Shown: positions 18,530-33,770, counted from the stretch's first letter. The stretch: 64,000 nt of DNA from Obrimoposthia wandeli (GCA_977020255.1 CDROCS010000646.1:806001-870000), one strand, 5' to 3'. A program made the numbers and translations. Notes: generated from the letters alone by a model not told the origin.

Positions 18530-19762
18530 TTGCGTCATATTTGAAAAATAAAGAAAAATTTGTTCAATTATTTGTATAAAGTGGATTTTCCCAAAAATAT
18601 TTCGCAGAATTGTTAGCAGTAAGCCAATTTACTGTTTCAAAAATTATAAAAAGAACATTAAAAACTGGTTCATTTATAAATAGGCCTAAATCAGGAAGGC
18701 CAAAGATTTTAAGTGAAATGGAAAAGAGAAAGATAATTATAGAATCTAAGAAAAACCCATTTATTAGTGCTCCTAAAATTTGACGATATGCTATGCTTTA
18801 AAATAAGATTTCTATTCAATCTGTAAAACGAATATTAGTTAATAATGACCTTTTTTAGTAAAATTGCTGCTAAAAAGCCAAAGTTATTATTGGTAAACGA
18901 AATTTTAGCGGTTGAAATTAAGTACAGAGGATTCCCATTTTAAATAAAAGGACTGGGAAACTTCATATTTTCTGATGAGTGTTTTATTAAGATATATTAA
19001 TGGATTAGAAGATTAGTTAGACGACTTATTGGACTTAAATTTCAATCTAAATATGTTTTGAAAACTGTTAAAAATTACTCACATAGTATTATGGTATGGA
19101 GGGCTATAAGGAGTGATGGTAAAAGAACCATTGTAAAATGCACTTTTAGACTAAGTGCTCAGGAATATATTAGAGTTTTAGAAAAGAGACTTTTTGAAGT
19201 GTACGAAAATTTTAATATATTTATGCAAGATGGATCTACATGTCACACTGCAGTTAAAACTATTAATTATTTGGATAATGAGAATGTTACTCTTTTATCA
19301 GATTGTCACCTGATATTATTGAGAACCTGTGGGTCATTTTAAAACGAAATGTTGGACAGAAAACTATTTCATCTAAAGATCATATTTGGCAAGTTATAAA
19401 TGATGAGTGGATGGCAATAGATGAAAATACTATAAGGACCCTATATAAATCCCTTCCTCGTCGATTAAGTGCTGTAAAATCCTCTTCATAAATAAATGTT
19501 TCACATTATATTTTTCTCTCGTATGTAGTTTTTGTAAAATATTCCATACTTTTCACCACTTAATATATAATTGACATTTTAAAATACTCTTACATGCTTT
19601 AGAAATTGATTTTTTTTAATAGATTTTGATTATTTCTATAAGCACATATGTATCTACTTTAATTTACCTCCATAAATACATTCTTATTTATTTGTTCGAT
19701 ATAAAATATGCACAATAATTCTAAATTTCTCCTTGTATTTCATACTTTTGGCCAATACTGTA
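18530..19762 (+). mobile_element. Degenerate Tc1-family transposon
   Basis: HTH with KSGRPK, IFSDE, FMQDGSTCH and SPDIIENLW across frameshifts; right TIR reads TA-CAGTATTGGCCAAAAGTATG on the minus strand at 19741-19762. Confidence 0.85.
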
Positions 19763-22700
19763 TTAAAAAAGCTCTTTAGCATTGTTTGGTACACAAATAA
19801 GTTAATATGAGTTAATTAATTAGCTAATCAATTTTTTATCTAATAAGCTATTAAACAAAATTTTGTAAGTGATTTTCAAGACTAAATTTATTTAATTCTA
19901 TCGTTATTAATATTATTAAGTATTTTATTCGTTTCTAAAATGAATTTGATAATAATTTTACATAATTTGATTTAAAACAACAATTAAATTTAAATGATCT
20001 TGAAGCTTGAAGCTTATGAATTATATATATATAATAAATTTATATATATACCTTAAATTAAAAAATATATATGGAAACTTTAACATTTTATCTTTATGAA
20101 GTAAGAAAGTTTATTGACCTTTATTTGTTTAAGTACTAAGTTTATTTAACACTTTATAGTCCGAAAAATTTTAGTATAAATAATTTATAGTTTTTTTAAG
20201 TTGTATAAGTAGTCAATTTTAATAAAAGTGACTAAAATTAAACATTGTTTTATTTCCGAGGACAGAAGTTTTATAACCTTGAGGATTGTTGAGAATAGAA
20301 TTAATGTTTATTGATCAAATTGAGAATTTTTTCTCTCTGTCCAGATTCTTGTCTTGAAGGCAAAACGAAAGTGCACAGTGTGTGCTGTATTTTTAATATA
20401 AGCACCACTGGTGCAGATAACTACTATACAAAAATCATAGTGTATGCAATTTTATACGATAATTGGAACCACATTTTTATGTTAAAATCGGAAATATCCA
20501 ATTGTTAAGTAAAAAGAAGATTGTAAATGAATTATATTTCGAAAAATTGGATGTTTTTCAACTACCCACCAACGAACTTTACATTTTCCAAGGAAATTAT
20601 AGTTTCAGTAGGACCAGGCTGAATTCCTTTATGGCGGGGAGCAGAGTGATATCTGGCAATACCACAGCAGTCTCAGTGTTACTGTTAATGCTGATACGGG
20701 TTTTCAAAGTAACATAGCCTGAAAGAATATCGGAATCTTTCAGACGCCCAAACTTATTGTCAAATCACCTGATGGTAAAGAAATTTGAGGTCACATTTCC
20801 AGTAATAGTTGCTGTAGTTGTTAAAGTTAAATCTCGTCTTCTTAAAGTAATTAGAGATGGTGGTGTACGTGTGATATTTTGTCCTTGTCGCCCAGCAAAT
20901 GCATTGGAATATGTAAATTTAAAATTTTGTCTACCGTGCCTTGATAGTATAAATAAAATATGAGATAATCGAGTAAGAAAAACCGCCATCATTTAGAATC
21001 TCGAGCTTTATGGCCTCAAGGCATCACTGCTAACATGGACACTATGAGAAGAACTCTGTGATCTGGAGGAGAGAACTGTTTGGCCATTTCTCAAACAATT
21101 CTCTCGTCATTTGTTCCTTCTTGTTAACTCTGATAATGGAGTGATGACGTAGTACATTTTAAAGCTGCGTGGGTTCAGCAATTTTCTGACGACGAGTAAA
21201 TTTTTTATCATTACAACAACTCCTACTCTTATATATGTGATTTCAGACTGGAAACAGCTTTAAAAAAATCCCTTTCATAAGCATTTTAAAAAATTATCAA
21301 AATTGAAAACATGTTATATCACTTAATTATTTATTCCACTAATGATGTTGAAAGAGACCTATTTTCACTTTATAAATAAATTGAGCCATTTATCGAAGCA
21401 AATTAATAAAACTCCTATCTATACTGCGAATTGGTTAGCATTATTATTTTAGTATAGCTCCCGTAATCGGAGCTCCTTGATTATGTGATTTTTTAATACT
21501 TTAATCCTAATTGTTAAATGCTAAAAGCTACGAAAATAATTTCATTTAAATTTAAAAAGTTGAACTATATAAATAAATATATATAAAAAGTATGTTTTAG
21601 GTGGGTTTTCTTGTCATAAATAATTTCTTTTGTTTCAAAATAAGAAAATGTGTTTTCTATAACTGGACAACTTGTTTTAGAAATTAAAATGCATAAACTA
21701 ATAATATTTTTGAATCTTAAAAATAAAAATGTTTGAAAACAAAATTAAAATAACAACTTTAAAAAATATGGTTTGCTAAATGTTACATAAAAAATATAAA
21801 CAATCTTTTACTTAATAATTTTTTTAGTGAAATTTCAAAATTTACGATATGATTTTACATTTATTTAGAATGGTCTATTAATATTTTAAAATTAATAGTG
21901 ATTTACTAGTATATTTTTGATTTTTTCAACCTATTAAGATTAAATCATATGCTAATTATTTTTTGAGATTAATTATTTTTTAAGTGTTTATTGAAATTCT
22001 TGAAATGGAAATAAAGTATTCGCAAGTATACATTTCTAATTTGCGATTACAATATTGTTGAATTAATGAGGAAATTCAATAGAATATCATAAAATTTTTG
22101 ATACATAAATTAATATATTTTGACATATTTTTATCAATTACCGGAAAATGAATGGGTTCTAATCAACTTTCACGGAAAAGGCTTAAGTCTAATAATTTTT
22201 GAAATACATTTTTAGGTTTATTTTAAAAAAATTCAAAATCGAGTCAAAGTACGAAACCTTCTATTGCTAGACATTTTCTTAACAAAATAAATAGAAACTA
22301 CAAAATCAATTTTGTGCAAATGTGGTATGCATACCCTTTCAAGTTTATTTTAATTTAAATTGATAATCCTAAATTTGTTAAATTTTTCTTTTAAAGTCCT
22401 GCTATAAAAGGGACGTTTTTTTAACAAATGTATATATAATTTTAAAAAATATAACGGGATTTTTAAAAATAAAATTATTAAATTGATAGTAGTCAAATTA
22501 AATGCAAAAATTAGAAAAATCAGGAATGCAAATTTTCCAACCTAACAATAATTAACTTGAAATGATAATTAAATTATTTTAGTCAACAGAGAAAATAATA
22601 ACCTATATCCAGACTAATGAAAATGACAAATGGTTTTTGAATTACATTATGGTCATAATGAATTAAAATGATTAATCAGTCTTCTAATCAAATAAGAAAT

Positions 22701-25249
22701 AAAAGCAAACAAAGTATTTTTAAAATTTAAAAATCGTTTAAATGACAACTAGTTTTATGTTCACAGACATTAAAGAAATGCGATCAAATTAAAGAAAGTG
22801 ATATATTTAGCAATGAAGGCCAAGATTTATTTAATAAAATTACATTAACTGGATATCATAAGTCATTTAATGTGTTTAATTTTTGGAAAATTCAAAAATA
22901 TCTGAAAATAAATAATGCAAAGCTCCATCAGGAATTTGAAGGTAATAATGAATCATTAAAAGTAAACATAAATGAATATTGAATAGACAAAAAACGAGAG
23001 TTTGATGAACAATATTCATCAAAAGAGCCTAGTGACATACATTACGGATTTTTGACCACTACAGCGGAAGATGTTTTATACAAATTATCTGAAAATGGTT
23101 TGGAAATTAAATTATGTCCAAACAAAGTTTTGGGATACAACCTTGGTGGTGTACATATCTGTAGGAATTTAGATTTATCATTGTTGGAAGTATCTGAAAA
23201 CTTTTCTAATAACGATGAAATGATTTTGTTAATATTTAAGGTTTGTTAACTCGTACTTTTGTTATTTACAATTTAGCATCAATTTATCATTCTTGACTTT
23301 GTCATAACTGTTAAATTTTGCTGTTCCGTATTAGTCAGATGGTAATTGGTAAAATAAAAACTCAGTTGTAACGGATTTACGCGTTTCTCTGCAGTATATG
23401 ACGGGGAAGAGCAAGCATGTTCCGGTGAATTATGGCGAGACGCTGACAGCACCAACTCCACGATTTGACTCGCACATCTCAGATGAAAAGATCATCAAGA
23501 AGGACCAACATTCCGTGCAATACATGAAGTCACTGGTGAGTTTACCTCAACGAAGCAATTTGTCTAATGAGTAAATCCGACTTCTGTCTTTGCAGGTGTA
23601 TCTGTATGAGTTTGTTGACACTATGTTCGATCCGGTGCTTCGTCCGCGGCATTGCTGTCCAGTAGGAGCTTTCTTACTGCAGAAGACTCCATTGCGTGAT
23701 TCACAACAGCAGTCCGACGTGGTTGCTAGCACTGACCTTGACGAGGGAGGCACCACATCGAATGATCTTAAAGATGAGGTTCTTCTGCCTCTTATGGAGG
23801 GTTCTGGCTCTTCTTCGGCCACTTTGTCGCCCAGAGTATTGCCACAGCTTCGTTTCTTCGAGGCTGACAGCATGCTTTCCAATACCACAAAGACCAAGGG
23901 TAAGTGACATTTGTAGCACAACAATCGATTTGTGACTAAATAAAAATATAGTAACATATTCTAGAACAGTATTCCTAACCCGGTGGTTCATTGATAAAAT
24001 GCAATTCTGTATGCAAATGAATTACCATATTAAAATGACAAACTTTAATCGAAAGGAGTGCTAGATATTCGCCAACATGGTACATTGATTGAGGCAGTTA
24101 AGTACGAATGCATTTTGTTATAATAATGTCAGATGCTAAAGTAAAGAATTTAATTCAAAAAATATATTTGGATTCGTAGTTTTCACGAATCAACAAATCA
24201 TTGGCTTGGAGTTTAATATCACTGTTTTACAATAATACTTATGAGAAAATCGTCGAGCCACAAGTTTCATCGTGTATGGTCAATTATAAATTTCCTTGGA
24301 ATAAAGTGCTAGTACTGTAATTATTGATGCTTCTTACACAGCTCGGACCAATCAGAAGCATAACACACTGTGGCAGTCTTTTTACAGTAAACCGGGCAAC
24401 AGTAACTCCAAAAGTACAGACATGGACATGTCCGTACCGAGGAAAAAGAGTAGAAGTGAGTCTTTTGATTACGCATTATCCGTTATAAAATATATATGAA
24501 TTTACTTCAACTTTAGAAAGATACGTTAGAAGATACGAGAACATATAAGACAAATGTTATATCCTCCATGAATATGCATCGAGTGAAGATTTCAAACGTT
24601 GTAAAACTTTCTTTTTGTTAAACACTTTTAAACCGGAAGTTTTGAAGTTTTACTCTGGTTATTACTGTTATCGCTCGACTTCTTTTACTGCAGATTAATT
24701 GAAAATGGGTAGTAAAAACGTACATTTTACAATAATTAAAGTAAACAGTGGTTTTGTTAAACTGACGTTTAATCGAAAATTCATTGTTATTTAATTCCTG
24801 TTTCATATTTTTATTACCAAGAAATATATTGTACGACACTATTCTATGAAGTCATAATTTTTTATTCAATTTTTAATCATTCAACATTCTTATAAAATCT
24901 ATGCAAATTTTCATAATTAAACCACACCATTCTAAGCTCAAATAGACAATTATCATATATTCTCTCTCTTTTTTAGGAAAGTCAAACATTTTGGCTCGAC
25001 AAACTATGCGTTAATTTGGAATTCTTCGATGGTTGCCAATGAACGCAACAGTTTTCTGTAATAAAAGGATTGTCAGAGTGATTCAAAGGAAACGGTTACA
25101 ACTTTGATTCCGGTGGTATAAGTCAGTGAACTGCACCACCAACTGTAAATGTCAGTATTAATAATATATTTAACTGAGAAAGATTTTAATAAAAATTATT
25201 GTAATTTCGCAAGAAAAAATCCAAATATCAACCAAAAAAATTTATATCC

Positions 25250-25700
25250 GAAAATTCCGCATGGAGTTCTTTTAGGGCACAAATTGTTTGTTTTACCGTA
25301 TTCAAACAGTCTTTCATTACAGCTCATATATTGTCTGTGAGTTTCAATTCTGGGGAAGAAGATGCACAATTTTCCAACGAAGTTCTACTTTCAACTCCAC
25401 AAAAATGTTCTGCATAACGAGATGTTCGTGGTCTTGAATCAAATAAAATCCTTCAAAGATTATACGAAATGACATTTAAAAATAACCTTCCTCCAAAAGT
25501 GCAATTGCCCGTCTTTCATGGGCTGCAATGCAACCACACAGCATAAACTATATCGATATTTATTGAAATACTTGCGCATGTTAGTCTTCACACGTAAATA
25601 CGTCGTTTCCATTCCACTCTCAAGTCTAGTCTATTTGCTCTTTCCAACATCGTCAAAATTTATACTCTTGGCAACTCTGCCAAACAAGTGGACTTAATTT
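25250..25700 (-). pseudogene. IS630/Tc1/mariner-like transposase remnant
   Basis: Degenerate SSPELKLTDNI*AVMK, resembling the SPELNPIENIW motif. Confidence 0.35.
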
Positions 25701-28700
25701 AGGTATCTTTGAATAATAAAAATAGCAACTTTAGAAATTAAACCAAAATTTAGTTGAGCTGATTGAAACGAAAATGTGTTGACATATTTATTTTAATTCC
25801 CAGTCTTATTTAAAGATGGACTTAAGCTTTACTTCGATATTAGAGCCTTTTCTCTATTTTTTCAGTTTTGCAATAAATCTTGATATTGTAGTGATTTTAT
25901 CCTTTTACTCCTGCAATTTTTCTTGTCTTATTCAAAAGTATTATATATATACTATTCTTCATCATTTAGCTGCTCAAACTTATTATGAGAATATACCTGT
26001 CATGTAAAATTTTACTGATTTATCAACAATTAATTAAAATAAGATATAAACCGCATTAAAATTTAATTTGCCTATATTAACTATACTATGAACCCATATA
26101 TTGTTCAAGCGTTTAATTAAGTAAATTACAATAGCGACTTTTTAAATAGAACTAATAATGTTTTTCACTAATGGCGATGCAATTCATTGACGTTGACGAA
26201 ATACTGTATTAAAACATGCAAATTTCATTTTCTAAATAATATTTTTGCATGTGTACAAACTGTATTTTGTGAATTACAAGACATTGAAGTTGTCCCAGAT
26301 ATTTGGAATCACCCTGTGTAAATCGAATAAATGGAATTTTATGTATAGATAATTGCATGACAATTAGTGTGATTGAAAAAGTCGTTTGACAATCTACTGG
26401 GAACTATTTTTAACCAGAATTCGGACTTTTACACCAATCAACTCAAATTGGCGGCTCGTGACAAAACATTTACACGATCCCCAGTTAATTTGGCTCAAAA
26501 ACAGCAAAATCAGCTTCTGAAAATCTTATGAGAAACTCCATTTTTATAATATTAAATTTCGTTTTCCAATTTCAATTATTTATATATATTTACTTTGATT
26601 CTTCTGCTTTTTCTGATAAGATGTTAATATAATTTATTTTGTTCGTTGAGTAGACCAGAATTTTAAATAACTATTAATTAAAACAAATATACGTTTGATA
26701 AAATACGCCATTTAAAAGTGAAAAAAATATTCAAAACATATAATGGGTTTTGAAACCCAACTTCAGTACTGATGTAAAATGAAAATGTCTGTCAATAAAT
26801 ATGAGATTGTCTTATCACGTAAATATATTTTTATACAGTTTAGGCATTCTTTTGTATTCTTTTATACACAAAGCCTTAGTTTTTATTTCAAAATAATCAC
26901 TAAAATTTTTATGGATAACTACGAGCTCATTAATAGAAAAGTTTTATTTCTATTTTCACAGTAAATCAAGTGATAAAATAGGGAAGAGAATAACTACAAA
27001 CCGGACTATTTTTTTTTACTCGGGGTTGGAGATGACGATTTGTCTGTCCTATGTATGGCGCACCACACCCATGCCATTGGAACTTGTATACTTGATACGA
27101 GAAATTATGCTTTTACACAAATAATTATTAAATGGCACAATTTTATGTACCATTCTAAAACTGACCAAATTATGACTTGTTCCCAGTTCAACGGAAGGAT
27201 GCAGCAGGATTTTCCTTCACTCTGCCGTCAGCAGTGGCACCAGGAGATTCATTTGAATCTGCCGGAAATGACAAGAGAGAGCCTAGTCCCGGAAATTGGT
27301 CGCCAGACGATAAAGAAGCACAGATAAATGTGAAGGTAGGCTGTCAAAGACCATGTTTCTCTGTTTTTTCCTTTCCAAATGAGTAATAATAAATCATTTT
27401 AGACTTTCGATTTGAGATCTGAATTTTCTTTTCTGTATAACTTACAATTTTGTATTACATTAATTCTATAAACCTTCCAAAGGAACTTATACTGAAGGGA
27501 CTCGTACAAGATGATTGAAGTTACCTGTTTCAATTTTCGAAATAAAGTTTGTATGGATGCAATATTAAAAGAAACTATTAAAACTATTTGATATATTATT
27601 TAGAAGTTTATGCAAATTTGTTCAAATATTATAGATAGTAGTACCAAAAAATTAGTTTCAACAAAACGATAAAGAATATCAGTTTAGTTTTTATATTCGC
27701 GAAGTATTTGTTGAGAAATAGGAGTAAACAACATAAATAAATAATAATTTAACTTTGAAAATATTGATGCCCACTTTCTTACTTTGGTTACTTTTTTTTC
27801 AAAGAACACATATTCGCTTTGAAACGAATTATAGCTCATGTTAAAGCTAACAGTCCATATATTAAGAATACATCTATTAAAAAGCACTAAATGCTTACAC
27901 ATAACTTCACACTGTAAAAGAGGAAATCTGTTAGAAATTGACACGTAGGCCTAATGAAACACAAAGAGAGTTGGGAATTTAGAAATCTTTGTCCTCATCA
28001 TGTAGCCAGTTACTGAGCTAGTCTGGAACAAATTTCTAGAGCATTTGCAAATCTGAAAGGAATGTATCAAACTTATTTAGAAGTAAAATGTACACAGGCG
28101 CGAGGAAAATAGTTGTAAATCTTTTCCACCAGGCATTTATTAATATTCTTTTTACTTAAATTCTTTACATGGGGAATCCATTTTTGACAATTATGTTCTC
28201 TTACATGTTTATCTTCTTCATGTTTAACAATCTTTAGAAAGGAAGTTGGCATGCATATTTTTCAGTAATGTTTAAAAACAATTGGCATCCAAAATTATTT
28301 TGTTGAATTTTTTAATGTTTATATCTATGGTAAATTTGAGAAACTAATTTTAAAATTACATGAATTTAGTAGACATTATTTTGCTCAGATATTATTGAAC
28401 CTAACAACAAAACGTTTGTCTCATCGAAATGAGAAGGACGGTGTATTTGGTTTTAAGAATGGTTGAATATTTGATGAGAATAGTATGAAAACACGTTTTT
28501 AATTCTTTGAATTACTGAAAATTTAATTAAAAAATGTTTTGATCCGAAATGATTGAAATCAGTATATAAATGTAAGTCTGAACGAGAGGAGAAACTTGTC
28601 GCGGAAAACCATAGGATCTACTTCTAAGTTAATATGCAAAAACATACAATTTCACTATCATCACAAACATTTGTACTTAAAAGTATATTTAAACCATTCA

Positions 28701-28813
28701 TTTGCTGTTTTACATTCTGGTACCGTCGCTGATTCTCTCAGCTTTGACATGGCGAATGTGACCAGCAATTGTAACTTTCATTAGATTTGTTGATATTTGA
28801 ACTGGACTAACCC

Positions 28814-29221
28814 TTGCAGATGAGCTTCTTCAACCGAGGCAACTTCAATTTTCTGCAACACAACGGCTACCTATATCGACTAGAAGTGATAAATAGACGC
28901 CTGAAGTACTACAAGTGCCGTAAGATGGGCTGTCATGGCCGCATCAGCTTGCACCTCAACAATACTCTGCGTAGCTTCCTTAAGCCACACTTGTGTATTC
29001 GCGATGAGCTTGAGACAGAGGCCTACAAAGCCTTGTCGCTGGTGCTCAACCAGGTGCCGATTTTGATCCCCTCATGCCGGGAGTTCGTGCGACAGCTGCA
29101 GGATAACAACCCGCAAGAGATCCGTGCCTATTTCCCCTCGAAGGTGGCCCTGGAGAGGCTATACCACCGCCGCACTCAGAGGGTAAAGGCTGAAGTCACC
29201 ACAGAGAACATTATCGTATGA
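28814..29221 (+). CDS. FLYWCH-type zinc-finger ORF, probably the N-terminus of a Mutator-like transposase
   Basis: FLQHNGYLY...YYKC....C.GRI...H.C; GC-richer codon usage than the surroundings. Confidence 0.65.
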   Translation: MQMSFFNRGNFNFLQHNGYLYRLEVINRRLKYYKCRKMGCHGRISLHLNNTLRSFLKPHLCIRDELETEAYKALSLVLNQVPILIPSCREFVRQLQDNNPQEIRAYFPSKVALERLYHRRTQRVKAEVTTENIIV

Positions 29222-30703
29222 ACATCGGTATCAACAGAGACATTCAGCTGTATATATACCCTCTTCTGCCCCCACACAGTGTTATTATAATTCCCGAATC
29301 ATATAATAAACGTATTACGTGTTCCTCTTGTACAAAAATGTCTTTAACAAACCTTTCAGATGCGTGTGCTTGTACGTTGTTGGGCCCAAAATTGCTATTT
29401 AAATAAATAAACTCCATCATAAAACTATATATTTTACATAAATTATTTGTTATACTTAAGACACAAAAATGGAAGGTGATCATTTCTAAATACAGTTTTA
29501 ATTTTTTTGTTCACCACTTGCTTTTTCTAGTAGTTACATTTTTGTAGTTTCTCTTAGTTTTGATAGGTTAGAAATTTTATGGTTTTACTAGACAATCATA
29601 ATTTACAAAAGGCTTAATAGAGTTGATATATTCGTCGATTTTTCCTAGATTTGTTTTGTGAAATATTATGCAGCTTTTATTTGCAACAATGAGATTATAT
29701 TAAAAGGCCATCCATGACATTTTTAAAACCCTAACTTCTAAGACTCTTATTGGCAATATCGACACCAGATTTTTTTTCAATTATCAATGATGGTGCATTA
29801 TATGGGCTTTGGTATGAAAATCAGGTATCAGTACTTTTCTATGAAATTATTCAACCAAGATTACTGACTGCACTTAATCCGAAAATAAAACAGTACCTAC
29901 CCTATCATAAAATACTCCATAATCTTGTCGTTATCGGTTCCTAGTTAACTTTCTGACAACAGGTATACCGCGATCTTCAAAGATTCCAGATGCTATATTA
30001 GACTGTCCTCGCAAAACTTTATTTTGCTGTGATATGACTTTTAATTTTATAATCAAATCTTTCAAATTAAGCAAAATGTCAAATATATATTTTTAGATTG
30101 AGTGCTCAAAGAAGCAATGCGTCGCTCATGTTTTCACACCATCTAAGAGCAACAAAGCAAATTATCTTTCACATAAAATTGTTAAGGGTCATACATATTG
30201 TGTAGCAAATGTACCAATAAGAAATGAAGTACAAGGTGCAAGATGTGGACAGATTGTGTATGTTGATCATCAAATGAGAAGTTTTGACTGTTTGTAACTC
30301 TTTTAAATAATATTTAATGTGGGTTTTAAATTCGATTTAATAAAGCAGGTGTAAATGCACCAATAGACTACTTAAATATAAAAAGGGTAATGGTACCATT
30401 AAGTGACTTCTAAAATGTGAGAAATTTGTTGAAACCTCTGAGAAGGTTGGTCTACAGTTAGAATGTTGCTATCTGGATATAGAAAATTGCAGATATATAA
30501 TGTTATGTAAACAGTATTTAAACCCCTATATAGAGATATCGTTCAAATAATCGTGAATTTATTTCTCTACTTTAAAAATTTTAAAGTGAATACGAAAAAT
30601 ATTTTATTATAATACAAGCTTCGTTAAAGAGCTCTGCAGCTTTTAATTTTAATATTTATTTTATTTTACATCACTTTGGATAACATTTTAATTGATCTTA
30701 ATC

Positions 30704-31190
30704 CTAATTTGTTTTTATACCATATTTTAGCACATAATATTCAAAGCACAGATATTCATAACTTAAAGACTTAACACCAAATATTATAATTTTCCCGCTC
30801 TCAAAAATGTTCACACATAGTGGATTGTACTTGACGTACCGAAGTCCCGGGAAGATTTCTGGCTCGTAAACAGCATCCGAACCCATACTTTTGCTCATCT
30901 TGTTTAGGTTTATTGGTTTTTCCAAATTGGTAGAGACTGTTTGATTGGATTCTTTCGAGTTTAATATCAAAAGGAAGAGTGCTTTCATCCAGCACTGTTT
31001 TACAGCCCATTATACTGCATGTCCCTAAATTATATTAATATTTAAATGTAAAATAAATTACCAGATTTGAAAATGATAATAGTATAATCTTCACACTTGA
31101 ATCGATTCTGATGAAGCTTCGAAGTCCGAAATGGTAAGTGTTGAATGTTACTTACAACCATTCCCTTGTAATTAATATTCGCAATTTGAT
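30704..31190 (-). pseudogene. TBP: TBP homologue, spliced (intron 31025-31061), 1-nt frameshift near 30940
   Basis: ANINYKG...IIFKSG/TCSIMGCK...RIQS, then in a shifted frame YEPEIFPGL..NIFESGKIIIFG. Confidence 0.82.
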
Positions 31191-31282
31191 ATTGTGAAGT
31201 AGCATTTCTGATTATTATAAACTGATTTGTTCCATTTATTCTATTTGAAAATCTATTTTTAGATTACATGTGATCTCTTTGT

Positions 31283-32065
31283 TTAATTCCCTATGCTATG
31301 AAATCTAATCTTTCTTACTCGTTTAATGATAATTGTCTTGCAATATGGACATGGAATAAAACGATCTGAACATTTAATACATGTGTTTAAGTGTTCATAT
31401 GGTAAAAATGCCACGGAAATCATATCTGTCATGCAAATAACACATTCGGGATTTGGTAAGAGGTATTCGAGATAATTTATAGCATGCCTTGGTTCAGATT
31501 TTATTTCTAAAGATCTTAAATCCGTTATAAACTCATATATATATAATCATATTTATTACCGAATATTTTAAACCTATTAACTAAAACAGATTTGATTCTA
31601 TCATGGCTATAATCACGTTACAGCAAAACTATTTCACGAGTTTCCATATGAGCATCAATTTCATCATTACTAATATGATATTCAAAAATACATCCATTCT
31701 TGATTCCCATACTAGATGCTTTACAATCTCGGGTATGAAAGATTCTTTCAGGCATACTATCAATAAACTCAAGTTGATGTACTGCTTTCTGACAGAAACA
31801 ACATCTATAAGAATCACTCCAAATATAGACATACGGGAAAATCAATAATGTAAAGACAGAACAAAAAACACAGCCAGTAAACACAATTTACGTTATCCCT
31901 TGAATCATCGTGTTTATAAAATCCTGCCTTTTCTAAAACTCTCTTATCTGCTAAACCAGTAAACTTTCTTCGTAATGATTCTAATCTTTTTTTCAGATAT
32001 CATATATTCATTTCTTCTTGAAATCTTATAAAAAACGTTGTCATCTAATGGTGAGTTCTCCATTT
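31283..32065 (-). pseudogene. iap: IAP pseudogene (BIR remnants plus RING)
   Basis: Manual translation gives RLESL...KAGFYKHDDSRDNVNCVY, then DRIKSVL and CVIC..VAFLPYEH..TC..C...CPYC. Confidence 0.8.
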
Positions 32066-32496
32066 TGCGAAACATAATGTTCAATAAATTTAGTAGTCAT
32101 AACAAAATGAAATGAGGATATTGTCTAGCTTATATAGTAAGTGAAAATCTATTTTTAGTAACATTGCTAGTATATACAAGAAATGTCATGTGATGTCTTT
32201 GCCTTAAGAATAAAGCAGCATAAACAATATTTTGATAATGATTTTATTTAAAATGAATAATCAAAATAATCAAAATAATCAAAGTAGAGCTAGCACATAT
32301 ATAGGTTCTGGTAGTAATTTATATGCTAATATGAATTATAATAGAAATAATCATAGATAAATATTAATCCATCGAGTCAAACAATAACAAGTCCTACACG
32401 ACTAATACTAAGCGATTTTTTCTAAGAGAATATTAACCAATTAGAATCGAACTTTAGAGGATAAACAATTGAATATTTCAACTTATAATTGTAAAT

Positions 32497-32877
32497 ATGA
32501 ATTTTGAAAAGCTATATCAACCTATGCATAAATATTATGGATATGATATGTACTTTTTGAAGAAAGCTCATAACTATAATTTTATTTTTCCTGTTAACAT
32601 CATGCCGCTTAAATTTTATTTTGAAGTATCAAATTTGACTTCTGTGGAAAAAGAGAGAATCAATATTCTCTTGAATCAATTTGGAATCAACTATGAGCTT
32701 CAAGAAAACAAATTCTTAATCAATGGATCAACTGCCACTTTCAAGCAGGATAATGGAACAATATTCGATGGACCTCCTCCTAAATTAGAATGGATTCTCT
32801 CAATCAGAATTCAAGGATGCACTGGATTGGAAACTCCGATATATAAAATAATCAAAGCTGTTAGAGTTGATTTATAA
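32497..32877 (+). CDS. ORF-T homolog
   Basis: YNFIFPV and LEWILSIRIQGCTGLETPIYKI align with 15102-15755. Confidence 0.75.
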   Translation: MNFEKLYQPMHKYYGYDMYFLKKAHNYNFIFPVNIMPLKFYFEVSNLTSVEKERINILLNQFGINYELQENKFLINGSTATFKQDNGTIFDGPPPKLEWILSIRIQGCTGLETPIYKIIKAVRVDL

Positions 32878-33169
32878 ATTTTTGTGTCTTTATTTGTATT
32901 ATTTTTATATATAAACAATAGTAATACTTTAATAATATTTATTATGAAAATGACTAAAAAACCTACAAAAACATTAAAGTTTAAAAAGACTATGGGTAAA
33001 AAGAAAATCATGAAGGGGGTATTCCTTTTTTAATAGGAAATCTTTTAGGTAGATGGCTTGGTGGAGTTAATACAAATGCTATAAAATTGAAAAAGAATAT
33101 GGATTATATTGCAGGTATACAAAAACGGAATGGTATACTTGATATTTTTCTAAAAGAATAAATGCAGTT

Positions 33170-33770
33170 CATGACTATCTTTGTTACATACACACATGCA
33201 TGTATAAGAATAAATGTAGTACAAAACTGTATTTGTTAGTATTGATTACACAAAGTTGCAAGTATTTGCAATATAAATACAATACGTGGCTGTCTTTGTT
33301 AGACATACACACATGCATGCATACACACATGCATGCATACACACATGCATGCANNNNNNNNNNNNNNNNNNNNNNNNNNNNNNNNNNNNNNNNNNNNNNN
33401 NNNNNNNNNNNNNNNNNNNNNNNNNNNNNNNNNNNNNNNNNNNNNNNNNNNNNNNNNNNNNNNNNNNNNNNNNNNNNNNNNNNNNNNNNNNNNNNNNNNN
33501 NNNNNNNNNNNNNNNNNNNNNNNNNNNACATGACTGTCTTTGTTACACACACATACATGCATACACGAGATGTATTTTGCTGAAGAGCGCATGTTAATAC
33601 AACTTTTAGATAAAAAGATAAATATTTTTAAATAGAGCTTGTACACATGAGGAAGTGCACACATACACAGATACATACATATATGATTTAACCTTGGATA
33701 TACACACACACGAGATGTCTTTTGTTGAAGACCGTATGTTAATACAACCTTTAGATAAAAATATTTATAG
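33170..33770. repeat. CATGCATACACA-type microsatellite and longer direct repeats flanking an assembly gap (N at 33354-33527)
   Basis: Directly visible repeats and N run. Confidence 0.9.

Noticed and set aside
20311-21240. GC-richer island with several short ORFs
   Set aside because: All frames are interrupted and no family motif could be supported; probably an old transposon remnant.
23279-23991. Overlapping ORFs on both strands in a GC-richer patch
   Set aside because: No recognisable domain; cannot distinguish a retroelement remnant from a host exon.
27040-27386. Possible Bel/Pao integrase zinc-finger remnant
   Set aside because: Similarity too weak and fragmentary to support a call.
33184-33709. 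ORFs containing long X runs
   Set aside because: Artefacts of the N gap (33354-33527) and the flanking microsatellite.
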